From: an uncultured Clostridia bacterium
GTDB lineage: Bacteria > Bacillota > Clostridia > Oscillospirales > Ruminococcaceae
Length of the DNA stretch: 64,000 nucleotides
Direction of reading: 5' to 3'
Assembly (NCBI GenBank): GCA_945873955.1
Contig: CAMCFA010000006.1
Location: 1,759 to 65,758, forward strand
The position numbers were made by a program, and so were the translations under genes. The notes beneath the pieces were generated by a model, which saw only the letters and a list, made by a program, of their open reading frames with translations, made no database searches and was not told the DNA's origin. Below, piece by piece: positions 27,953-37,566 of this stretch (position 1 is its first letter; every line of letters begins with the position of its first letter).

Positions 27953-28387
27953 TTATTTATCCTCCAGTTTCATTATTTTCTCGACCCGGCGGGCATGACG
28001 TCCGCCCTCGAATTCTGTTTCAAGAAAGATATCGGTGATCTCCGCGGCAAGACCCGCGCCGATCACTCTGCCGCCCATGCAGAGAACGTTCGCGTCGTTG
28101 TGCAGGCGGGTGTATTTTGCGGAATACCAGTCGCCGCAGAGCGCAGCCCTGATGCCCTTTATCTTATTCGCGGATATGGATATGCCAACGCCTGTGCCGC
28201 ATATCAGTATCGCCTTTTCCGCCTCGCCGGAGGTGACCTTTTCGCAGGTCTTTTCGGCAATGTCCGGATAGTCCACGCTTTCGCCGTTGCAGCCGCAGTC
28301 TATGAACTCCACGCCCTTTTCCTCAAGGTGCTTTATGATATCACATTTCAGTCCGTATCCGGCATGATCTGAGCCTATCGCAATCAT
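27953..28387 (-). CDS. rpiB: Ribose-5-phosphate isomerase B
   Basis: 144 aa. MIAIGSDHAGYGLK, LICGTGVGISISANK. Confidence 0.9.
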   Translation of the reverse strand: MIAIGSDHAGYGLKCDIIKHLEEKGVEFIDCGCNGESVDYPDIAEKTCEKVTSGEAEKAILICGTGVGISISANKIKGIRAALCGDWYSAKYTRLHNDANVLCMGGRVIGAGLAAEITDIFLETEFEGGRHARRVEKIMKLEDK

Positions 28388-28426
28388 TAGAATACCTCTT
28401 TTCTTCGTAATAAAGAATACATCTTA

Positions 28427-28455
28427 ATTATACAACAAATATTCGTTTCGGTCAA
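28427..28455 (-). promoter_or_regulatory. Sigma-A promoter for rpiB-upp
   Basis: Minus strand reads TTGACC, 17 nt, TATAAT. Confidence 0.65.
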
Positions 28456-28463
28456 GGGCTTTT

Positions 28464-28500
28464 TATAAAAAAAGCGGAGAGATCAGAAAACCTCTCCGCT
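28464..28500 (-). terminator. Intrinsic terminator after the RNHCP gene
   Basis: Minus strand: gcggagag / ctctccgc stem followed by a T-run. Confidence 0.7.
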
Positions 28501-28526
28501 TTATGTCGTCGTTTTAAACGCAGTTG

Positions 28527-28961
28527 TTACTTTATTGAGCCTTCCCCGCCCATAAGCGCCGTAAGCTCCTCGATACGCTCTATCGGGAACGGCGGCTCGC
28601 ACAGCGGTTTCAGCGCTATGCTCATCAGCTTCATGGGATTGTCGTCCGCAGCGATACGGTTTGAGGACAGCTTGCCGCAGCGGCGGCAGCGGTGTATCAC
28701 CGCCCACTCGCCGTTTTTGCCGCTTCCTCTCACCCACACCGCCACGGCGTCCATAAGTCCGCCGCAGTCGGAAGCCCGGTCGCCTGGCTGTTCGTCAACA
28801 TGAAGGCTTGTAAGACAGTTCGGGCAGTGATTCCTGTGGTCGCTGCCCGCGCCCTGCGGGACTACCGTTCTCCCGCAGAATTTGCAGGTGAATACCTCAT
28901 CGCAGGGGTGGTTCTTGTAATAGCCGTTTTCGTAGGCTCTGCGTTTATTTTCACGGTTCAT
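28527..28961 (-). CDS. RNHCP-domain zinc-ribbon protein
   Basis: 144 aa. Literal RNHCPNC motif plus CKFCG and CRRCG Cys pairs. RBS GGAGG. Confidence 0.8.
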   Translation of the reverse strand: MNRENKRRAYENGYYKNHPCDEVFTCKFCGRTVVPQGAGSDHRNHCPNCLTSLHVDEQPGDRASDCGGLMDAVAVWVRGSGKNGEWAVIHRCRRCGKLSSNRIAADDNPMKLMSIALKPLCEPPFPIERIEELTALMGGEGSIK

Positions 28962-29102
28962 TGTGTACCTCCGTAATGTTAGGTTCTTGTGGGAATTCTA
29001 ACACCGGGAGGCTGGTGCTGCACCGACCTCCCGGTCAGAGTGCACACTCCTTTGTAAAGTAATTAGTCAAACAATTCTCCTTATTAAACAAAACGATTTA
29101 AG

Positions 29103-29678
29103 TTATACATTAACGCCGAATCCGCGGCAAAGAGCCTCCAGACCGCCCTGATAGCCCGCGCCCACTGCGTTGAACTTCCACTCGCCGTTGTGACGGTAAA
29201 GCTCGCCGATAATAAGCGCGGTTTCAATTGAATAGTCCTCGGTGAGGTCGTACCGCAGAAGCTCCTCGTTGGTATCGGGGTTGTAGATTCTTATGAACGC
29301 GTTGTTCACCTGTCCGAAATTCTGATTCCGCGCCGCAGCGTCGTAGATCGTCGCGGTAAAGGTTATCCGCGAAATATTCGCCGGTACTTTGGCAAGGTCT
29401 ATCTTGATAGTTTCGTCGTCGCCGTCGCCTGCGCCGTCACGGTTGTCGCCGGTATGCTCCACCGCACCGGAGGAATGGGTAGGATTGCTGTAAAATACGA
29501 AATCCCCGTCGGAAGTCACCTTGCCGTTGTCCCCCAGCAGGAACACCTCCGCGTCAAGGTCGAACTGCGCGCCGCCGTCGAACATGTTGATGTCCCAGCC
29601 AAGCCCGGCGTTGATCCTCGACAGACCGGGATTGCCCTTTGTGAGGTCTACCTTCTGCCCTTTTACAAGATTAACCAT
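29103..29678 (-). CDS. terD: TerD-family stress/tellurite resistance protein
   Basis: 191 aa. [14 protein letters not shown]...GLGWD...[10 protein letters not shown]...[13 protein letters not shown]. Confidence 0.9.
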   Translation of the reverse strand: MVNLVKGQKVDLTKGNPGLSRINAGLGWDINMFDGGAQFDLDAEVFLLGDNGKVTSDGDFVFYSNPTHSSGAVEHTGDNRDGAGDGDDETIKIDLAKVPANISRITFTATIYDAAARNQNFGQVNNAFIRIYNPDTNEELLRYDLTEDYSIETALIIGELYRHNGEWKFNAVGAGYQGGLEALCRGFGVNV

Positions 29679-29734
29679 AATGAATACCTCTCTTTCAGTG
29701 TCATTTTATACGGAGCTGCGCCCCGTTATTCGCT

Positions 29735-30427
29735 TTATTCTGCGGATATTCCCTCTCTCGCCAGACGCTCCCGCTCCGCCTGCGGAAGTCTGAGGTAGCT
29801 CGGCATTAGCGCCGCCGGGTCGATAGGCTCTTTCCCCTGCGCTGCGAAGCACACTCCGCTGCCCCGCTGCCAGCGCAGCGGATAGGGCGCAAGCTCGTAC
29901 TTCCCGCCGAAGGCTTTGTGTGCAAGCTCCGCGCCGTCCCCGGCAAGAATGATTCTGCCGGACAGCCCGGCAAGCTCCTTTTCAAGCTCCGTCAGCAGTA
30001 CTGCCCTGTCGTCGCACAGCCGTGTGATAACGCCGTTTTCACTGCGGAACAGCGCGTTGTACACCTGCCCGCAGCGGGCGTCCATGCACGCGGCAATTAC
30101 CCCGTCAATGCCGGGGAAATTGTAGGCTATCGCCTCCAGTGAGGACACCGGGACGCACTTTTTCCCTGCGCCGAAGCACATTCCTTTTACGGTGGAAACC
30201 CCGATACGAAGCCCCGTGAACGACCCCGGACCTACCGTCACCGCGGCGCATTCAATGTCGGCTGTCGTCACGCCCGCGCATTTCAGCATGCCCTCTATCA
30301 TAGGTAGCAGCGTCTGGGAGTGGGTGTTCTTCGTGTTGAGGAACTGCTCGGCGATAATCCTGCCGCCGTCGTCCATAAGCGCGCACCCCGCGGAGATCGC
30401 GGAGCTGTCTATGCCTAAAATCATCAA
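29735..30427 (-). CDS. tsaB: tRNA t6A37 biosynthesis protein TsaB
   Basis: 230 aa. MMILGIDSS...GPGSFTGLRIG. Confidence 0.9.
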   Translation of the reverse strand: MMILGIDSSAISAGCALMDDGGRIIAEQFLNTKNTHSQTLLPMIEGMLKCAGVTTADIECAAVTVGPGSFTGLRIGVSTVKGMCFGAGKKCVPVSSLEAIAYNFPGIDGVIAACMDARCGQVYNALFRSENGVITRLCDDRAVLLTELEKELAGLSGRIILAGDGAELAHKAFGGKYELAPYPLRWQRGSGVCFAAQGKEPIDPAALMPSYLRLPQAERERLAREGISAE

Positions 30428-30460
30428 ATCACTTCTTTTCGTTGTTGTGGGAACAGACGA

Positions 30461-31114
30461 TCAAATGTACTCCCCTGTTTCCAGCTCATTCCAGTAGGGC
30501 TTCAAGCCCTTGCCCTGCATATAGTTTGCGAAGATAAGGGAGTTGTCCGCGCTTATCCGCGGCTCAGTCCAGAGAGCCTCGCACTCCTCGCAGACGCTCA
30601 CCTGCTCCCCGGTCTGCTTCACCGTTGCCCGGAGCAGTTCCGCGCCGCCGCATATCGGGCAGATGATGTTCCCGCTGACTAGAATGCGCCGCTCGTTTTC
30701 GCCGGGCTTCTCAATGCGGATATTTATCACACGGTGAGCGCTGTCCTGCGCCAGCTCCTGCCCTAGACCTGGGATATTCTCGCTCCATTCGGCGGCGATA
30801 ATTCCCTCACGGTCGAGGTAGTCGAAGAATCCCACAGCGTACAGGTCGTCGTAGCTGTCGATACGGTACAGGTCAAAGTGGAACAGCGGAACTCTCCCCT
30901 GCGGGTACTCGTTCACCAGCGCGAAGGTAGGGCTGGTCACCGGGTCAGTGATACCCAGCGCCGCCGCGATCCCTTTTGTGAGAGTGGTTTTCCCCGCGCC
31001 CATGTCCCCCTCGTAGAGGATAATATCCCCGCTGTGCAGTCCGGAGGCTACCTCGTCGGCGATACGCGCCGTTTCCTCCGGGCTGCGGGAGATGTACTCA
31101 CGGTATTCCCTCAT
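30461..31114 (-). CDS. tsaE: tRNA t6A37 ATPase TsaE fused to a ~65-aa C-terminal zinc-ribbon extension
   Basis: Walker A GDMGAGKTTLTKG and the HFDLYR motif within the first ~150 aa, then CPICGG...CEECE. Confidence 0.85.
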   Translation of the reverse strand: MREYREYISRSPEETARIADEVASGLHSGDIILYEGDMGAGKTTLTKGIAAALGITDPVTSPTFALVNEYPQGRVPLFHFDLYRIDSYDDLYAVGFFDYLDREGIIAAEWSENIPGLGQELAQDSAHRVINIRIEKPGENERRILVSGNIICPICGGAELLRATVKQTGEQVSVCEECEALWTEPRISADNSLIFANYMQGKGLKPYWNELETGEYI

Positions 31115-32784
31115 CAGAACAGACCTGTGATCTTTCCGTCCGCGTCAACGTCGATATTGTCAGCCGCAGGAACCTTCGGCAGTCCCGGCATAGTCATAAC
31201 GTCGCCGGTGTAAACTACCACGAAGCCTGCGCCCGCGGACGCTCTCACGTCGCTTACTGTAATGTTGAAGCCCTCCGGCTTGCCCAGCTTCGCCGGGTCG
31301 TCGGACAGGGAATACTGCGTTTTTGCAACGCATACCGGCACTCTGTCCAGACCGAGGCTCTCGATCTCCTTTATAGCCTTGTCCGCCTTTGCGGTGTAGG
31401 TCACGCCGTCTGCGCGGTATATTTCCTTGGCAATAATGTCCAGCTTCTCCTTAATGGTGAGCTTTTCGTCATACAGCGGCTTGTAGTCGCTCTTGGTGGT
31501 TTCGATAGTCTCAACAACGGCGTTGGCAAGCTCGATTCCGCCCTCGCCGCCCTTGAGGAACACGTCGGAGAATGCGACCTTAGCGCCCATTTTCTCGCAG
31601 AATTCACGAACTATCGCGATCTCTGCGTCGGTATCGGTGTAGAAATGGTTGATTGCAACTACCACCGGCACACCGAATTTTCTCAGGTTCTCGATATGAA
31701 CACCGAGGTTCACGATACCCTTTTTCAGCGCCTCAACGTTCTCCTTGGTGAGGTCAGCCTTTGCCACACCGCCGTTGTATTTCAGCGCGCGGATAGTAGC
31801 TACCAGCACGGTGCAGTCCGGTTTCAGACCGGCGAAGCGGCACTTGATATCGAAGAACTTCTCCGCGCCGAGGTCAGAGCCGAAGCCCGCTTCTGTTATT
31901 GTGTAGTCGCAGAGCTTCAGCGCCAGCTTGGTGGCTCTTACGGAGTTGCAGCCGTGCGCGATATTCGCAAACGGACCGCCGTGGATTATCGCCGGGTTGC
32001 CCTCCAGCGTCTGCACGAGGTTCGGGTTGACAGCGTCCTTCAGCAGTGCGGTCATAGCGCCGACTGCCTTTAAGTCACGGGCGAACACCGGCTCGCCGGA
32101 ATAGGTGTAAGCAACGAGGATATTGCCCAGCCGCTTCTTTAAGTCGTCAAGGTCGGAAGCAAGGCACAGCACCGCCATGATCTCACTCGCCACGGTGATC
32201 TGGAAATGATCCTCTCTCGGAATGCCGTTCACCTTGCCGCCCATGCCAATCACGCAGTTGCGCAGCGCTCTGTCGTTCATGTCAAGGCAGCGCTTGAACA
32301 GTATCCTGCGCACGTCAATGCCGAGGGCGTTGCCCTGCTGAATGTGGTTGTCCATAAGCGCAGCAAGCAGGTTGTTCGCAGCGGTGATCGCGTGCATATC
32401 CCCGGTGAAGTGCAGGTTGATGTCCTCCATAGGAACTACCTGCGAATATCCACCGCCGGCAGCTCCGCCCTTAATGCCGAACACAGGACCTAAAGACGGC
32501 TCACGCAGCGCCAGAATGGACTTCTTTCCTATCTTGTTCATGGCTTCGCAGAGTCCTACTGAAGTCGTGGTCTTGCCCTCGCCCGCGGGGGTGGGGTTGA
32601 TCGCCGTCACAAGGATCAGCTTTCCGTCCGGCTTGTCCGCAAGCCTGTTGAACAGCTTCTGGGACAGCTTTGCCTTGTAGTGTCCGTAGGGTTCTGTTTC
32701 CTCCTCGGCAATGCCGAGATTTGCGGCGATCTCAGAAATTTTCTTCATCTTCGCCTGCTGTGCGATCTCAATATCAGTGAGCAT
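31114..32784 (-). CDS. fhs: Formate--tetrahydrofolate ligase
   Basis: [16 protein letters not shown]-loop. ATG 32784 (MLTDIEIAQ) follows GGAGG. The ORF-track TTG start at 32805 is less likely. Confidence 0.95.
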   Translation of the reverse strand: MLTDIEIAQQAKMKKISEIAANLGIAEEETEPYGHYKAKLSQKLFNRLADKPDGKLILVTAINPTPAGEGKTTTSVGLCEAMNKIGKKSILALREPSLGPVFGIKGGAAGGGYSQVVPMEDINLHFTGDMHAITAANNLLAALMDNHIQQGNALGIDVRRILFKRCLDMNDRALRNCVIGMGGKVNGIPREDHFQITVASEIMAVLCLASDLDDLKKRLGNILVAYTYSGEPVFARDLKAVGAMTALLKDAVNPNLVQTLEGNPAIIHGGPFANIAHGCNSVRATKLALKLCDYTITEAGFGSDLGAEKFFDIKCRFAGLKPDCTVLVATIRALKYNGGVAKADLTKENVEALKKGIVNLGVHIENLRKFGVPVVVAINHFYTDTDAEIAIVREFCEKMGAKVAFSDVFLKGGEGGIELANAVVETIETTKSDYKPLYDEKLTIKEKLDIIAKEIYRADGVTYTAKADKAIKEIESLGLDRVPVCVAKTQYSLSDDPAKLGKPEGFNITVSDVRASAGAGFVVVYTGDVMTMPGLPKVPAADNIDVDADGKITGLF

Positions 32785-32807
32785 TTGTTTTTCCTCCGTA
32801 TTCAAAA

Positions 32808-35042
32808 TTAAATCAGACGTATCTGATCAATGTCCTGATCTGTTGCCGTTCCCGCGGAGGGAATGGTCTTTATCCGCAGCGCTTCGATGTCCTTCACGCC
32901 GCTGTTTTCCGCGAGGTAAGCCCCCGCAAGCTCCGCTTTGGTAAGGCGCATTACCTGAACGCCCTGCGTATCTCTCGTGGTCTTAGGCAGCACCAGCGCC
33001 GTATTGAAGGTCAGCGCCTTGCCCGCCGAGGATTTCAGCACGAAATCTGCCTCGCCCTTTATGACGAACATAGCCACCAGTTCCGACAGGTCGGAATACG
33101 CATTGCCCAGCTTCTTGCGCTTGGTCTTGGTTTCGTAGCTGGAAAGCGGCACCTTGGCGCACTTGCCGTTCTTGAAGAAGGACACAAGCGTTTCGCTGTA
33201 ATCCTCCGTCACCGCCATGAAAACTATGCTCTCGCCGTCGTCGAAGTCCAGCTTTGCGGGAACGTAATCTCCCATAACGCTCGCCTTTGTTTCGTCGAAG
33301 TCGGTGCAGCGGGACTTGTAAACCTGGTGCTTGTCGGTGAAGAACAGCAGCTCTGCGCCGCCGTTCACCTCGCCGCTCCAAACGATCTCGTCGTTCTCTT
33401 TCAGCTTGTGCTGATTGCTCATGCGCAGCGACTGCGGCGTGATTTTCTTGAAATAGCCCTCCCGCGTGAGGAAGATGTTCACATTGGACAGCTTGACCGG
33501 CTCTTCCACCTCCGCTGCCTGCTCCTCCACGTCGTAGAGGAACATTGTGCGCCGCGGCTGACCGTATTTCTTGGATATCTCTTTCAGCTCATCGATAATT
33601 AGCTTGTTCACCCGGGCTTCGCTGCCGAGGATCTCCTCCATGTCGGCGATATCCTTTTCAAGCTGGTCGGTCTCCTCGGTGCGTTTGAGGATATATTCCC
33701 GGTTGATGTGACGCAGCTTTATCTCGGCAACGTACTCCGCCTGCGGCTCGTCAATGCCGAAGCCGATCATGAGGTTCGGAACTACCTCCGCTTCCTCGTC
33801 GGTCTCGCGAATGAGCTTTATCGCGTAGTCGATATCCAGCAGGATCTTTTTCAGACCGTACAGCAGGTGCAGCTTTTCCTTTTTCTTCTGCATATCGTAG
33901 GAAACGCGCCGCCGCACGCAGTCCCGCCGGAAATTCGTCCACTCGTTCAGTATCTCGTACACGCCCATTACCCGCGGCGTGCCGTTTATCAGTATGTTGA
34001 AGTTACAGTTGAAGTTGTCCTGCAAGGGGGTCAGCCGGAACAGCTTGTTCATCACCGCATCGGGATCCTGACCCTTTTTCAGGTCGAACGCCAGCCGCAG
34101 ACCGGACAGGTCTGTTTCGTCACGGACGTCGGAAATCTCTCGCAGCTTGTTGTCCTTGACCAGCTCCACCACCTTGTCGATTATCGCTTCTACCGTGGTG
34201 GTGGGAGGGATCTGCGTTACCTCTATGCAGCGGGCGTCCGGGTCGTAATTGTACACCGCGCGGACTTTCACAGCGCCCATTCCGGTGCGGTAGATCTTCT
34301 CCATTTCGGCTTCGTCGTAGACGATATAGCCGCCGCCGGGGAAATCCGGGCCTTTCAGCGTGGAGAGCGCGTTGTGCTCCGGGTCTTTCATCAGCGCTAT
34401 CGTGGTTTCGCAGATCTCGCTCAGATTGAAGGAGCATATATTGCTCGCCATAGATACGGCAAGACCGAAGTTGCTGTTCACCAGCACCGACGGGAATCTC
34501 ACCGGGAACAGGCTCGGCTCCAGCATGGTGTTGTCGTAGTTCGGCACCATGTCCACCGCGTCCTTGTCGATCTCGGCGAAAAGCTCGGCGCTTATCGGCT
34601 CCAGCTTAGCCTCGGTGTAACGGGACGCGGCGTATGCCATATCCCGTGAATACGCCTTGCCGAAGTTGCCCTTGCTGTCAACATAGGGGTGCAGCAGCGC
34701 TTCGTTTCCTCTTGCAAGGCGAACCATAGTTTCGTATATCGCGGCGTCGCCGTGGGGATTCAGCCGCATTGTCTGACCGACGATATTTGCGGACTTGGTG
34801 CGTCCGCCGGTCAGCAGTCCCATTTTGTACATGGTGTAAAGCAGCTTGCGGTGCGACGGCTTGAAGCCGTCTATCTCCGGCAGCGCACGGCTGACGATAA
34901 CGCTCATGGCGTAGGGCATGTAGTTTTCTTCAAGGGTGCTTACGATGTCCTTCTGCGCGACTATTCCGCTGCCCTCGATATACGCCTCGCCCATTGCCGG
35001 GCTGAGCCTCTTTGGCTGCTTTTTTGGGGTGTTTTTCTTCAA
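32808..35042 (-). CDS. Type IIA topoisomerase subunit A (divergent ParC/GyrA-family paralog)
   Basis: 744 aa. [28 protein letters not shown], active-site [10 protein letters not shown]. Shorter than GyrA and I saw no GyrA-box. TTG start after AAGGAG. Confidence 0.85.
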   Translation of the reverse strand: MKKNTPKKQPKRLSPAMGEAYIEGSGIVAQKDIVSTLEENYMPYAMSVIVSRALPEIDGFKPSHRKLLYTMYKMGLLTGGRTKSANIVGQTMRLNPHGDAAIYETMVRLARGNEALLHPYVDSKGNFGKAYSRDMAYAASRYTEAKLEPISAELFAEIDKDAVDMVPNYDNTMLEPSLFPVRFPSVLVNSNFGLAVSMASNICSFNLSEICETTIALMKDPEHNALSTLKGPDFPGGGYIVYDEAEMEKIYRTGMGAVKVRAVYNYDPDARCIEVTQIPPTTTVEAIIDKVVELVKDNKLREISDVRDETDLSGLRLAFDLKKGQDPDAVMNKLFRLTPLQDNFNCNFNILINGTPRVMGVYEILNEWTNFRRDCVRRRVSYDMQKKKEKLHLLYGLKKILLDIDYAIKLIRETDEEAEVVPNLMIGFGIDEPQAEYVAEIKLRHINREYILKRTEETDQLEKDIADMEEILGSEARVNKLIIDELKEISKKYGQPRRTMFLYDVEEQAAEVEEPVKLSNVNIFLTREGYFKKITPQSLRMSNQHKLKENDEIVWSGEVNGGAELLFFTDKHQVYKSRCTDFDETKASVMGDYVPAKLDFDDGESIVFMAVTEDYSETLVSFFKNGKCAKVPLSSYETKTKRKKLGNAYSDLSELVAMFVIKGEADFVLKSSAGKALTFNTALVLPKTTRDTQGVQVMRLTKAELAGAYLAENSGVKDIEALRIKTIPSAGTATDQDIDQIRLI

Positions 35043-35055
35043 AGGTGTTTACTCC

Positions 35056-35246
35056 TTATACTATTTTCATTTCTCCCTATAGACTTTGTCTATAGGGAGA
35101 AACCAACCGCTTTGCGGTTGGTGCGGCGTAGCCGCTGAAAAGCCGTTCAATACTAATATCGTCAAAACCTGTGGTTTTGACAGCCGCCGATTCGGCGGCA
35201 ACTTCTTATAGACTTTGTCTATAAGAAGATTTGATATTAGTATTAT
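35056..35246 (+). repeat. Multi-hairpin intergenic repeat family, copy B (191 nt), filling the spacer between the topoisomerase B and A genes
   Basis: Six local hairpins plus the long-range pair aatactaatatc / gatattagtatt. The 3-prime end abuts the B-subunit stop (35247-35249). The 5-prime end overlaps the last two bases of the A-subunit RBS. Confidence 0.9.
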
Positions 35247-37232
35247 TTATGAAATATCAGCTTCTGCAAGATACTTGCTGCCATTTTCCTTGATGAACCG
35301 CTTGCGTCCCTCCAAATTATTGCCCAGCAGCACGTCGAACATCTCTCTGGTGGCTTCCGCGTCGCCGGGATTCACCCGGATAAGCCGGCGGGTCTCCGGG
35401 TTCATGGTGGTAAGGCTCATCATGTCCGGGTCGTTCTCGCCAAGACCTTTGCTTCGCTGAATGGTGTACTTCGTTTCGCCTATCATGCCGAGAATTTTCG
35501 TTTTTTCCGGCTCGGTGTATGCGAAATAGGTGCGCTCTTTTGTGGTTATTTCATACAGCGGGGACTCCGCAATGTAAACGTAGCCCTTTTCAATAAGCGT
35601 GGGGCAAAGCTCCTGTATCATGGTGAGGATAAGCGTTCTGATCTGAAAGCCGTCCTCGTCCGCATCGGTGCAGATAACGATTTTATTCCACCGCAGATTG
35701 TCAAGATTAAACGTGGAAAGCTGCTTGTTCGCCTTGGTTTTTACCTCAACGCCGCAACCCAGCACCTTTATCAGATTCGTGATTATCTCGCTCTTGAATA
35801 TCTTATCGTAGCTTGCTTTAAGGCAGTTCAGTATCTTACCTCTTACCGGAATGACCGCTTGGAACTCAGCGTCCCGCGCCAGCTTTACCGAACCCAGCGC
35901 CGAGTCGCCCTCCACGATATAGACCTCGCGGCGGGAAACGTCCTTGCTGCGGCAGTCCACGAACTTATCTATGCGGTTGGTGAGGTCTATCGTCCCGGTG
36001 AGCTTCTGGAGCGTGCTCTGGCGAACCTTGTCCGCGTTCTCGCGGGAGCGCTTGTTTATCAGCACCTGCGCGCCTATCTTCGCGGCTTCGTCCGGGTTTT
36101 CAAGGAAGTAGACCTCCAACTGGTGCTTCAGCCACTCGGTCATGGCGTCGGTGATGAACTCGTTGGTAACGGCTTTCTTGGTCTGGTTCTCGTAGCTTGC
36201 CTGCGTGGAAAAGTTTGAGGAGATGAACACCAGACAGTCCTCGACGTCCTCCCACTTTATGCCTTTTTCATTCTTGTTGTACTTGCCGCCGTTTTTGAGA
36301 TACCCGTCTATCTGGGACAGGAACGCCTTTTGCAGAGCCTTCTGCGGGCTGCCGCCGTGCTCCAGCCAGCTTGAATTGTGGTAATGCTCGATGAACTGCA
36401 CTTCCTTGCTGAATGTGAACGCAACGTTCATCAGCAGCTTGTACTCGTCCTTGTCCTCGCGGTCGCGTCCCTGCCGCTCCGCCGACCAGCTCTGGGGCGT
36501 GGTCATGGACTTGTCGCCGACTACCTCCATAAGGTAATCGCTGATTCCGTTCTCATAGCAGAATATCTGCGAGGTGAAAGTGCCGTCGTCTTTCAGACAT
36601 TTCAGCACCAGCTCCACGCCGTCGTTGACTATCGCCTGCCTGCGCAGGATATCCGCGAGGTATTCTTCCCCGATGTCGATATCGGTGAATACCTCCAGAT
36701 CCGGCTTCCAGTGTATCTTAGTGCCGGTGCTGCCGTCGCCCTTGGTCTTTTTGAAGCCGCGCTCGTCCTGCGTGACGTTGAAGCCCTTTTCGAACCGCAG
36801 GGAGTAATTCCACGTCCCGCGGCGGCTCTCGACCTCCATATATTCGCTGGCGAACTGCGTCGCGCAGAGTCCCAGACCGTTAAGACCCAGCGCAAAGGAG
36901 TAGTTTCCGCCGGAGTTGTTGTTGTACTTGCTGCCCGCGTAAAGCGTGCAGAACGCCAGCTCCCAGTTGTATTTATCCTCCGCCTTGTTGAAGTCTATCG
37001 GGATACCCCGCCCGAAGTCCTCGACGGTTATGGACTTATCCTCATGCAGCGTGATGATTATTCGCTTGCCGTAGCCCTCACGCGCCTCGTCGATAGAGTT
37101 CGAGATTATCTCAAAAACCGAGTGGCGGCAGCCGTCCACACTATCAGAGCCGAAAATAACTCCGGGGCGCAGCCGTACTTGATCCGGGCCTTTCAGCGAC
37201 ACGAGGTCGTTGTAATTGTTTTCCTTTGCCAT
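35247..37232 (-). CDS. Type IIA topoisomerase subunit B (divergent ParE/GyrB-family paralog)
   Basis: 661 aa from ATG 37232 (RBS AGGAGAG). GHKL ATPase EIISNSIDEA, Toprim YIVEGDSA, PVRGKILN. The ORF-track N-terminal extension is rejected. Confidence 0.85.
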   Translation of the reverse strand: MAKENNYNDLVSLKGPDQVRLRPGVIFGSDSVDGCRHSVFEIISNSIDEAREGYGKRIIITLHEDKSITVEDFGRGIPIDFNKAEDKYNWELAFCTLYAGSKYNNNSGGNYSFALGLNGLGLCATQFASEYMEVESRRGTWNYSLRFEKGFNVTQDERGFKKTKGDGSTGTKIHWKPDLEVFTDIDIGEEYLADILRRQAIVNDGVELVLKCLKDDGTFTSQIFCYENGISDYLMEVVGDKSMTTPQSWSAERQGRDREDKDEYKLLMNVAFTFSKEVQFIEHYHNSSWLEHGGSPQKALQKAFLSQIDGYLKNGGKYNKNEKGIKWEDVEDCLVFISSNFSTQASYENQTKKAVTNEFITDAMTEWLKHQLEVYFLENPDEAAKIGAQVLINKRSRENADKVRQSTLQKLTGTIDLTNRIDKFVDCRSKDVSRREVYIVEGDSALGSVKLARDAEFQAVIPVRGKILNCLKASYDKIFKSEIITNLIKVLGCGVEVKTKANKQLSTFNLDNLRWNKIVICTDADEDGFQIRTLILTMIQELCPTLIEKGYVYIAESPLYEITTKERTYFAYTEPEKTKILGMIGETKYTIQRSKGLGENDPDMMSLTTMNPETRRLIRVNPGDAEATREMFDVLLGNNLEGRKRFIKENGSKYLAEADIS

Positions 37233-37566
37233 ATATCTCTCCTGTATTTTGTGCGGCGAATAAGCATATAACCGCATTATCTTCTTTAGTATACCACATT
37301 CTGATAAAAATTGCAAGGGATTTTTCCAGCGCAGCGCGAGGGATAACAACGTACATATCTCCTGCCTATTATATGTGCAGTATAAACAAAAAACAGCCCG
37401 GCGCACTTGATTCCCGCCGGTGTGTGATGTATACTGAAATATGTGCGGAAGCTACGTTTATCCGCCGCAAGATCGCGAAATGCTCAAATTATCAAGACAA
37501 AACGGAAATTTCCTGCTATAATACAAGTGTAAGCTTACAAAATGCACCACAAGGGGGGGGACAGCC

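Noticed and set aside
27221-28372. 383-aa ORF antisense to upp and rpiB
   Set aside because: It spans two well-supported minus-strand genes and their junction. It has no motifs and a high-GC antisense composition.
29004-29034. Riboswitch or leader in the terD / RNHCP spacer
   Set aside because: It is a near-perfect 31-nt palindrome (ccgggagg-ct-ggtgc-t-gcacc-ga-cctcccgg) and matches no riboswitch core that I know. It is most simply a weak terminator or processing hairpin after terD.
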